A program made the position numbers and the translations under genes. The notes below the pieces were generated by a model. It made no database searches and was not told the origin of the DNA. It saw only the letters and a list, made by a program, of their open reading frames with translations. DNA of 64,000 nt from Octopus vulgaris (Eukaryota), in the NCBI GenBank assembly GCA_951406725.2, contig OX597818.1:9362001-9426000 (forward strand). The letters run 5' to 3'. Each line of letters begins with the position of its first letter. Within the stretch, counting starts at the first letter, position 1. Of this stretch, positions 53,771 through 64,000 are shown in pieces.

Positions 53771-53927
53771 TGGCAGGGCTTACTGCTAGGGAGTCGGCCG
53801 TATGCTAGAAATAGACCATCAACGATCAAACTATAAGGAAATTCTCTAGGGGAAAAATACAGCGAACACCAGAACCAAATTTGGCGGGCAGGACAGATGA
53901 AAATTTATATTAAAAAAAACAGAATTA

Positions 53928-54003
53928 AATGCATACCTCGGTTTCGGCCTTTAACAAAAGAATTACGTACGTAATTCAAATGTCCGTGCTTCTTCAGTGC
54001 ATT
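53928..54003 (-). ncRNA. type I hammerhead ribozyme with 45-nt stem II
   Basis: Reverse complement of 54345-54420, with apical palindrome GAATTACGTACGTAATTC. Confidence 0.78.
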
Positions 54004-54344
54004 CGTTCATTGTAATGTAAACTGAAAACTAACCCCAGCTTTCCGTGCCAGTACAGACACGAGTATAGTTTTACCGATTACACTAGTGATAAAATTTCAA
54101 ATGTCTTGGTTCTGGCGCGCTAATAAATTCCTGAGGCGAAGGGCTGCAGTAAATAATTCACTGCGGTGGTGCTTACTACTAGAGAACGTATTTATTTCAA
54201 TATTTAAATAATGAGGGAGATAAATTAATATTAATTTTAATATCAATTTAAAACCAGTAGTCCAGCATACCGGTAAAACTATACACGTGTCTGTACTGGC
54301 ACGGAAAGCTGGGGTTAGTTTTTCAGTTTACATTTCAATGAACG

Positions 54345-54420
54345 AATGCACTGAAGAAGCACGGACATTTGAATTACATAAGTAATTCTTTTGTTAAAGG
54401 CCGAAACCGAGGTATGCATT
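54345..54420 (+). ncRNA. type I hammerhead ribozyme with 45-nt stem II
   Basis: AATGCA-CTGAAGA-AGC..GACA..GAATTAC/GTAATTC..TGTT..GCC-GAAA-CCGAG-GTA-TGCATT. Perfect 6-bp stem I. Confidence 0.8.
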
Positions 54421-54679
54421 TAATTCTGTTTTTTTAATATAAATTTTCATCTGTCCTGCCCGCCAAATTTGGTTCTGGTGTTCGCTATATTTTTCCCCTA
54501 GAGAATTTCCTTGTAGTTTGATCGTTGATGGTCTATTTCTAGCATACGGCCGACTCCCTAGCAGTAAGCCCTGCCAATATACACATATATTAGAATTTTC
54601 TCTGACTTCTCAGATTTTTTGTATGCTGGACTACTGGTTTTAAATTGATATTAAAATTAATATTAATTTATCTCCCTCA

Positions 54680-54716
<37 letters not shown>

Positions 54717-54733
54717 ATATATATATTATTAAT

Positions 54734-55342
54734 AAGCAGCAAAAATATCACAAAAACTGTTACTCAGAGTTCCACGTCCCCGTTCGTCCGACAGTTTTGT
54801 TCAGAATGGAACAAAAAGAAGGTTATAAGTAAACATATACTGTTAGTTTAATGGATACACATTTGAAAATGGTTTTGTTTAATTGGTCCTTTCAACAAAC
54901 GGTCTTTCCAATGACCAGTTACATGCAATGAACAAAATTCGGTAAAAAATCATCTTATTTTAAAATCGAAGAAAATCTTTAATCAAAAATGTCCTTCTTT
55001 ATAAGCTATTTTTGATTTAAGGTTGTCTTAGATTTTAAAATAAGATGATTTCTACCGAATTTTGTTCATTGCATGTAACTGGTCATTGCAAAGACCGTTT
55101 GTTGAAAGGACCAATGAAACAAAACCATTTTCAAATATGTATCCATTAAACTAATCGTATACATTTGCTTATCACCTTATTTTTGTTCCGTTCTGAACAA
55201 AACTGTTCGACAAACGGGGACGTGAAGCTCTGAGTAACAGTTTTTGTGATATTTATGCTGCTTTTTAATAAAGCATATTACTCTACCTCTGGTATTCTAG
55301 TACTATTTTTTCCAACTTCTTTCGCATTTATGAGCTTACTCC

Positions 55343-55345
<3 letters not shown>
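54734..55345. mobile_element. fold-back element with decayed hammerheads in both arms
   Basis: 54734-54990 is inverted to 55008-55263, with a tail to 55345. Motifs AAAACTGT-CGGACGA-ACG-GGGA-CGT-GGAA-CTCTGAG-TA-ACAGTTTT (minus, 54753-54798) and AAAACTGT-TCGACAA-ACG-GGGA-CGT-GAAG-CTCTGAG-TA-ACAGTTTT (plus, 55199-55244). Confidence 0.82.
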
Positions 55346-55390
<45 letters not shown>

Positions 55391-55494
55391 AGAGTTCACG
55401 AAAAAAACAAAAGACGAAGACAGGTGGTGTATAAAACAAACAGATGTATTATTATAACGCTCAGGAATAGAAAAAAGCCTTTTACGTTTCAAGC

Positions 55495-55554
<60 letters not shown>

Positions 55555-55675
55555 CATACATATACGTATCTAATGTAATTTTCTGAACTTTCAGATTTTG
55601 ATATGCTAGACCACTGGCTTTAAATTGATATTAATCAAATTAATATTCAATTTTTTACCATTATTATTTTAAATA

Positions 55676-55792
55676 TATATTATATTATATTATATTATAT
55701 CATATTATATTATATTATATTATATCATATTATATTATATTATATTATATTATATTATATTACATTACATTATACCATATCATATATATTAT
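55676..55792. repeat. (ATATT)n pentanucleotide repeat
   Basis: Direct inspection. Confidence 0.9.
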
Positions 55793-56757
55793 ATGTATAC
55801 TCCACATCAAATTACATTCTCGAGTCTTGTTGATGCGAGGTATACTGCAATGGGTTCAAATCGCAAAAGACAGTTCTGAGAATAGAATTTTAACAACACT
55901 GCTATGTTTTCCCCCATTGTTTACACTTTAAACAACTTGCTATGGATTGACAGGATCGCTTGAGTTAGGAACAAAATGTTAAAGATAATTTGTTGCTTCC
56001 CTCAATGTTCAAACTTAAAAATCTGAACTGGATCGATAAAATAAATACCAACTGAGGAACGAAGTCGATTTAATCCTCAATATTATGACAGCATGCCCAT
56101 GTTAGAAAACAATATAAAATACAACACTTTAATCTTTAATTTGTTATAACGTCATAATTAACAGCGAAATAACTAAATAGGCTCTGCATTACTGAATGTT
56201 AGCTAGGCTCCTTATCTCGCTCATTCATTCTTTCCTTCTTTACTCTTTCTCCTCCTCCGCTCTTTCCCTCTCCCTCTTCCATGCTGTTTTCTTTTTCCTA
56301 AAATCAACAAAACTAATTTTCATTTCCAATGAAGGCAACTGTTTATTAGTCTTAAACTATTGAGACTGTCTTTGTCAGATGTACAGCCGTATGTAATTTA
56401 TCTTATAAGCGCAATCAACAATTTAATCTGTAACTTTTGTGGGTGACAGTTCAGAGCAGCAGATTCTGTTTCAACCTTCTGCCCTCGCACGGCTGTTCTT
56501 AACTCGCTTCAATAATGTTTATGACAGCACAGCTTTTCCTGCCTATCTTGTTGAATGTTCAACTTTCTGTTCCAAAGTATAGAATATCTACCATATGCAA
56601 AATTGTAAAGTTGTTTTAGTCGTTAAATCTACGCGGAATCAACTTAAAATCTCTCTTTCTTCTTTAATCTCTTTCAATTTCTATTCTCACTACAAACTCA
56701 CTCGGTAAGCGCACGCAGACATAAACATTAAGACAGACACTTTTCCTATACATATGC

Positions 56758-56817
<60 letters not shown>

Positions 56818-56824
56818 GTGTATA

Positions 56825-57987
56825 CGAGGGTGAGTAAAAAAGTAATGCCGTTTTCTTTTGTACAGGTATAATTGTCAACAGAGGAACATGCATCATACAT
56901 CAAAATGAAGCTGGTCCTCAATGGATTACATCCCTACTTCTCAACATAGTCACCGTTTCTCTCAATAGTAATGTTCCACCTTCGAATGAGAGCATGTATC
57001 CCTGCCCCGTAAAATTCTGTTAGCTGTTCTTTGACCCAATACAGTTTTCACTTCATCGTCACTGGAATAATGTTTACCCCTCAAACCCTCTTACATGGGG
57101 CCGAAAAGATAATAGTTTGAAGGCGCTAAATCTGGTGAGTATGGAGGATGCGATAAAGTTGTCCACCTGAATGAAGCGATTGTCTTTCTTGTCCTGACGC
57201 ATGTGTGTGGTCCAGCATTGTCATGCAGAAGGACATGGCAAGTTTGGCAAGTTGGGTCTCACACGTCGGAATCTTGCTCTGAGCCTTGTCAATGTAGGCC
57301 TCAGAGTTTATTGTTTTCCTTTTGGCAAGAAATCGGCCAGAATGACACCTTCAGCATCCCAAAAGACGGATGCCATGATTTTTCCAGCAGACTTTTGCGT
57401 CTTGAACTTTTTCGGTGATGGTGATTTAAAATGGCACCATTCCATTGATTACCTCTTTCATTCCAATTCATAATGATGAACCCATGTTTCATCACCTGTT
57501 ACGAGCCTTCGAAAGAAGGTGTTATCTCTTTGATTTGTTCGAGAAGTTCAGTGCAGACATTGACCGTGTCAGTCTTGCGTTCGGTAGTCAGCTCTCTCGG
57601 TATCCAACGGGTACACACTTTTGGAAAGCCAAGTGATTCGACAATGTTGTAAGCACTTTTAATAGATCACTTCAAGGTTTTCTGTCAACTCATCATGAGC
57701 TATGCGCTTGTCTTCTCTTATCAGAGCGGACGGGCGGCCAGAACGGGATTTATCGGCTACACTCACAGTTCCCACCTTTTCATCTTTCAAACGACGGACC
57801 CACCTGCATACATTGCTATAATCTAAAGTATTCATTTTGTAATCGTTGGTGAATGTTCACGGGGGTGAACAAAATATTTCAGAACGTAAATGATATAATC
57901 ATTTATAACTGGGGAAATTTTCAGTTATTTTTATCAAAAACTTCACATGAAATAAAGAAACTGGCATTACTTTTTGACTCACCCTCG
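56825..57987 (-). mobile_element. decayed mariner DNA transposon
   Basis: TIRs CGAGGGTGAGT(A/C)AAAAAGTAATGCC, TA duplication. Remnant motifs RWIPRELT, TGDETWVHHYE, LHDNAGPH, HPPYSPDLAPSNYYLFGP. Confidence 0.93.
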
Positions 57988-58020
57988 TATATATGTATAA
58001 ATACGTAAATATAGATATAT

Positions 58021-58160
58021 AGGCGCAAGTGTGACTGTACGGTAAGGAGTTTTCCTCCCAACCACATAGTTCCTGTTTCAGTCCCGAGACGTTGGCTAGT
58101 ATCTTCTTTTATAGCCGTTGCTCAACTAAAGCCTAGTGTGTAGATTCCTTAATGAAATGT

Positions 58161-58191
<31 letters not shown>

Positions 58192-58388
58192 CGTGCGTGT
58201 TCTCTCCACTGCTTAACAACTGGTGTTGGTTTGCTTACCTTTCGTAACTTAGCTGTTCGGCGATAAGAGAGATAAAATAAGTTAACAGATATAATTTTAA
58301 AAAAAACGTGTTAATTTGTTCAGCTAAATCTTCAAGCACGAGCTTCAGTATGGCCGCAATATTTTTGAATGAAACAAGCAAAAGATAA
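58021..58388 (+). mobile_element. degenerate SINE family A
   Basis: GGCGCAAGTGTGACTGTACGGTAAG head, GTTTCAGTCCC, 3' CAGTATGGCCGCA..TGAAACAAG. Confidence 0.78.
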
Positions 58389-58453
58389 AGGAATTATTGT
58401 ACATACACACGCGCCTGCGTATATGTGTATACGCACGTACACACACCAACATG

Positions 58454-58532
<79 letters not shown>

Positions 58533-58597
58533 GCATACATGCATTCATGCACACACGCAGATATATATATATAGTTATATATATATATATATATATT

Positions 58598-58629
<32 letters not shown>

Positions 58630-59128
58630 CATCGTTCATATCTCACCCTCACTGCATATGATAGGCTTCTGGGTGCTTCCAATCTATTAAGCTATCAAAA
58701 TACCTTCAAAATTATTGGTCAAATGAAGAATATAGAAGATAAAACTTTCTCCCAGTACATATAATTCATGTTTTTTTTCTATTCATTTTCGCCATCCTCT
58801 CTGCTGGTTTTGATTATCCTCTTTAGGATGACTGACTGGAATCCGGAATAGGCAAAAGTAACGATGCAGTTGCTAGGCTGTCGCCTTTAGGAAATACAAT
58901 GGAAACCTATCCTTAAATCAAAATTTCTAGAGAATTTGAAGGAATCTTGTATATTTATGCTAATGTAGACTTATTCACATTCTACCCTAAACACATATCA
59001 GGATGGTCATGGCTGGTATAGCTTTGGTCATAAGTCTGCTCCATCGTGTTGCAGCTCTGGTTACAATAAAAACCTTGATGACGATTATGGTGATGATGTT
59101 AAAAATAATGAACTTTTCATAATTATGT

Positions 59129-59160
<32 letters not shown>

Positions 59161-60330
59161 GTGATGGGGATAATTTCGAGGTTAATGACTACCACTCTAC
59201 TCCTACTCTATTGTTCATCTAGTATGACATATTATAGTCATATACAAATATTTCCAAAAATATTCTTCTCTCTCTCTCTTTCTCTCTCTCTTACTCTCTG
59301 TTTCTATCTGTCTATCTGTCTCTATGTGTCTTTCTGTTTGCTTGTCTGCCTCTCTCTTCCACCCTCTCCCCCTCTCTCTCTAGTCAGCAAATATGTAGCC
59401 TTCTAAAGAAAATTAACCTTCGCAGTTGCAAACTAATCTATTTCTTCCTCGTATTCAATACCGTAACCCAGGGGTTCTCAGCCACTTTTTATTTGATTAC
59501 TATTTTACTCTGAGCGCCCCCCATAGCTATTTGATGTTTAGACACTAGTTTTATAGAAACTGCTTTCAAAGTACCATTTTTTTTTTACACATTGTGTAGA
59601 TTGAACAATGTAAAGTGTTTGAAAAAGAAACCTTGTTGTTTCTTGCAATAGGTACGAATACATATATCTAAAACAAAATTTTACTCTTGTGAATCCCCAG
59701 TTTACTATTTCGATGCAGACTCTCAGAGGCCACATGAGAGACACTACTGTAACCAATTTCTCCCTTCATGCAAACACCTCTTTCTCTATCACATCATATT
59801 TCAGCTTTCTTTCCTGTACACTCAGCTGATCATGCTACCTGCTACTTAGAACGACTGGTGACAACATTGAGTAGTAAAGGCCATTATATCGGGAACGTAA
59901 CAATTTCTCTCGTACTGATGCTAAGATAAAATACAACCGGTTTCTATTTTGTGAAAAGACGTTATGTGATTAGTGTTAAGAAGGGTATCTAACTGGCCGT
60001 AGAAATAAAAACAAAATGAAATGTGCGAACATAGCAGCTTCACACGATTTGAAAAAAAGACAGCGAGCGGCAACACCAAATCAAAACTAGCATTTGATTC
60101 ATGACCACCTGCCAATCCAATGTAGCATGGCAAGTGATTCAGAGATGAGGATGATGATGATGATGATGAATGTAATGACACTAACAAAAGCACATATCAC
60201 CAAACACATAAATATATACATACAAATATAGGTAGGTGTATCTATTTTATTTATATATACATACATACATATATATATATTTTTTTTAAGTTTCAGCTCA
60301 GAGCTGCGGCAATGCTGATGCACCACCGTT

Positions 60331-61399
60331 TGATATTAAAGCTGAAAATGTGTGCGTGTGTGTGTGTGTGTGTGTATCGGTATGTCCTCGTTTTGCGCCA
60401 AAACGGCTCGACCGATTTTTCTTAAACTTTACACGCACATTACTTATGTATCTGGGGAGGTTTTAAGTATAAATTGATTTCGAAAAAATGTTCGGTTAAA
60501 CGGCGGAGGAATAAGATTTGGGCGCGATTGTACGGCGGACGTAATTATTTTTAAGCTTCCAAGGGAAATAACCCCCTACATCATTCGTAAATTATCAGGT
60601 CATCCAATTAGCTCTGACCGATTTTACCTCTTTTTAAAAATTGAATGAAATTAAATAGTATTTCAGAATGTCTAATGGAATTAAAAAATTACTTTTAGGA
60701 ATTTGTGTACATTTAAACTAATTAAATATTATTTTACAGAATAATATAATTAAAATAACTTTGATTAAAACCCTTTCTAACATGGAAGTATCCAAAGAGC
60801 ATTTAAGGCACGTAATACTCTGCAACCGAAGCGACTCTGAACATACATTCAGTTTATGGTAAAGAATACTTGAATGAAAGAACTTGCAGAAAATGGTTTG
60901 CAAAATTCAGAAGTGGAGATTTCAGCCTTTAAGATGAAGAGTTTCATGATAAGTTCCTTGAGGCATTACTTGAAAAAAATCCTGTATTATCAGCTGAAGA
61001 ATTGGCGATAAAGCTCAGTTCAACCCACACAACTGTTCATCGTCATCTTCAACAACTTGGAAAGGTTCCTAAACTTGGAAAATGGATGCCTCATGAATTG
61101 TCCGAAAGCAACTGCAACTCCGAAGTTGACATCTGCTCTTCTCTCCATTCTCATGAACTCATTTCCCCCTTTTTGGATAAACTTGTGACTGATGACGAAA
61201 AATGGATAGCCTATCGAAATGTTGTAAACAGTGGCTTGGTAACAGAGAAAAGCTCAACCACAACCGAGAAAAGAACTTCATGGGAAAAAGGCTCTTCTCC
61301 CTATCTGGTGGGATTGCAAAGGAGTAATTCACTTTGAATTGTTACCAACTAATGCAACAATCAACTAACGCACCCGGGTAACGCCCGGTAGGCCTGCTA

Positions 61400-61400
<1 letters not shown>
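60331..61400 (+). mobile_element. Helitron-like element containing the 5' half of a mariner
   Basis: 5' part resembles Helitron 24007 (TG repeat, ACGGCT..ACCGATT..AAACTT.ACAC.CACAT). 3' CCGGGTAACGCCCGG hairpin + CTAG|T. The 5' TC terminus was not identified. Confidence 0.7.
60595..61362 (+). pseudogene. truncated mariner (left TIR + N-terminal transposase)
   Basis: TA-TCAGGTCATCCAATTAG..GATTTT resembles the TIR at 34727/35925. Motifs MEVSKEHLRHVIL, RKWFAKFRSGDFSL, GKWMPHELSE, LVTDDEKWIAY. Confidence 0.85.
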
Positions 61401-61453
<53 letters not shown>

Positions 61454-61715
61454 GTATATATATATATATATGTATGTATAAATATATATATATATAGATA
61501 TAGATATATATATATATATACATATATACATATATATATATGTGTTCCTACATACATACATAAATATATACACACACATAAACACACAAGCATACATTGC
61601 ATAACCACACACATACTGAATTTTGTCTACAGAGAAAAGGTATTTCTCACGTGTCTCGAAATTTGCTAGTATATATATATATATATGTATGTATATATAT
61701 ATATATGTATGTATG

Positions 61716-61761
<46 letters not shown>

Positions 61762-61951
61762 CATATATATATATTAAATATATATATATATTTATATATA
61801 TATACATGCATATATATATATATATGTTCCAACATACATACATACATACATATATACACACACATAAACACACAAGCATACTTTGCATAACCACACACAT
61901 ACTGAATTTTGTCTACAGAGAAAAGGTATTCCTCACGTGTCTCGTAATTTG
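61395..61951 (+). repeat. two-copy tandem duplication (~270-290 bp, microsatellite-rich)
   Basis: ACACACATAAACACACAAGCATAC...GAATTTTGTCTACAGAGAAAAGGTATT..CACGTGTCTCG.AATTTG occurs twice; each unit starts TGCTAGT. Confidence 0.85.
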
Positions 61952-63401
61952 AAATGACAATACCGAAAGGATTTTCCTTTTGCATGAGACACAATAAACA
62001 TCTGACTAGGAGTGGTGATGTTGAATAATGTATCGTGTATAGGAGGAAATGGGTAAGAGAGTGAGAAACTTTTGCAAATGAGACAAAATAAAACAAGGAT
62101 CTTGTTACGTTGCATGTCACTGTGCTCTGGGGACGAAGAGCAGCGCGAAGTAGTAGATGTGTTAGCCTTTCAGTGATTGCAGAATAATATATAAGATAAC
62201 GGCTTAAAAAAAAAATAAAATTAGGCAATGAGTAACAAATTATCTTAAAATTGATATAAATGCGTCTACATATCTGTTTGTGTGCACGTGTATGTGTATT
62301 AGTGTGTGGTTGTGTATATTGTGCTTTTGTGTACATTATAAACATTATGACAGCACACGTTAAATCCACTGAGTTGTCAAAAGTTGTTTTGTTTACATTT
62401 TGAAAATGTTTGCACCCCTGCGGAAATAATTGTCATGATGGTTTGAGTACGGGATACGCTCTGTCTCCTTTCCAAAGCTTCTCTTTTGTATTATTTTGTT
62501 TAATTTTCCAATGCGGCTAAATTAGTTTTACCTAGAGGTGTTGTCTTATGATATGGACACCCAAAGAATTGCTCTGACACCTCAGGGGTCCAGGGGCCCA
62601 ATTTTGATCTGTGTGTGCCCTGATTTCCTATCAATACATAAATTATTTCAGGGCACTGTGTCAAGAGTTATCATGGATCTAGGGACCCTACTTGGTCTAT
62701 GTATGCTGTAGTTTTCTATCAATGAATGTATACTATAGGTCTTAGAGCACTGATTTCACCAGGGCCTATACCGCTGCTAAGAAAGCTCTGGAACTAGTGG
62801 ATACAGGAAACGTACCTGTACGCCCACCACCTTCATCGTTTATTAAATCAGCTACCACTTCCGTTAAAGAGGAATATTACTTGACTGCCATTGAAAACAA
62901 GCCCAAAGACACATCCTACTATGTCGTACAAAGTATAAATATGTACTGCAACAATATTAACAACAAAACCAATTTTTATGACAACAACAAGAACGAAAAC
63001 AACAACAGCAGGAAGAACAACGGTAGGAACCACTACAGTAACAGCACCAAGGGATTTATTACCACGAACTCAAAGTCAAGTTCATCGTTTATTAGTGCAA
63101 TGCTAACTTGGATTGTCTAATAGTGGAAGACGACATGCAGTTCAATCTGAAATTGTGATATTTCTTAACCAGGAGAAACTTAATCCTGCTTTTCCCGGGA
63201 AGAGAAAGGAAAAAAATAAGAACTGTTAATTCTCAATGCATGAGCAGAAAGAAACGGAAGAGTTGACGACCCGACACTAGCAAAACAGAGAAGTGCTTAA
63301 AGGATCCGTGGGAATCAGTATATCACTTCAAAAGCGAAAGGCAGAATAGGGCCGTAGAAGCACTCTACCATGACGTAGAAAAGACAATAAGATATTCATT
63401 A

Positions 63402-63683
63402 TAGAGTAAAATCTATTTGCCAACGTAAAATGTCAGTCCTGATTAGAAAGGTATTACTACATTTTTAGCACTACGAAAACATATTTTACAGCTGGCTATC
63501 GAAGAACAACTGCGTCTTTATACCTCGAACAAAGGAGCTAAAGTCCGCACTTCTGCGAGATATAAGGACGCAGTTGTACGTCGATAGCCAGCTGGAAAAG
63601 ATGTTTTCCTGGGGCTAAAAAAGGTAGTAACATCGTCCTAAATATGACTGCCACTTTGCGTTGCAAAATCATACTTTGCCCTG
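63402..63683. mobile_element. palindromic MITE (~282 bp)
   Basis: Imperfect inverted arms over nearly the whole length (CAGCTGGCTATCGA..ACAACTGCGTC / GACGCAGTTGT..TCGATAGCCAGCTG). Right terminus ..GCCCTG, TA on both sides. Confidence 0.75.
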
Positions 63684-64000
63684 TAGTACTCTTACTACTT
63701 ATTTCTCGCTCAGAGATTTAAAACTAATTGCTTTTTTCCTTATATTCTTTAAAATTTCTCACATTTTCGTTTATCTCTAAGGGTTATGTTTGACGCCTGT
63801 AAACCTCATCTAATTTTGCTTTCAAGGCTTTGATAAATTAATCTTAAAACTCCTTCTTGTAATCATTTTTATTGTACCATTTTAGATAACCCTTTAAAAT
63901 GAAACCAGATTTCAGGTCTTCTACTTATCTACATCTGACTTTTAAATTTCGGATGATATTTATGTAATCACTATGCAGTTAAAACAGAAAGATATTGTGA

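Larger units (their letters stand above)
53757..54687. mobile_element. fold-back hammerhead-bearing element (retrozyme or PLE pseudo-LTR-like)
   Basis: 53757-54076 is inverted to 54271-54590, and 54205-54270 is inverted to 54622-54687. HHR in both long arms; (TA)n flanks. Confidence 0.88.

Noticed and set aside
49115-55345. CRISPR array or prokaryotic system
   Set aside because: No repeat-spacer periodicity and no cas-like or operon-like ORFs; the context is eukaryotic.
59469-59760. hAT-type MITE starting CAGGGGTTCTCA
   Set aside because: Only one terminus is recognisable, with no matching TIR or 8-bp TSD.

Overview
AT-rich, microsatellite-dense animal DNA, most likely octopus or another cephalopod (inferred from the tRNA-derived SINE families and repeat landscape). 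No host gene could be identified; almost all of the supplied ORFs are microsatellite or repeat artefacts. The window is a mosaic of transposable elements: four mariner copies, four non-autonomous Helitrons (one carrying half a mariner), a decayed RTE LINE, L1/Tx1-like and R4-like LINE relics, MITEs and many SINEs. The main signal is a Penelope-like retroelement of the Naiad type (RT + GIY-YIG, about 43.7-48.8 kb). It has an inverted 279-bp terminal segment and a hammerhead ribozyme (HHR) with an 85-nt stem II. Around it lie at least five unrelated short non-coding families that carry type-I HHR or HHR-like motifs. Four of the five form fold-back (5'-to-5') inverted structures, usually in (TA)n tracts, and one is a 364-bp tandem retrozyme-like unit with a non-canonical CCGAUGA core. 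All alignments and folds were done by eye.
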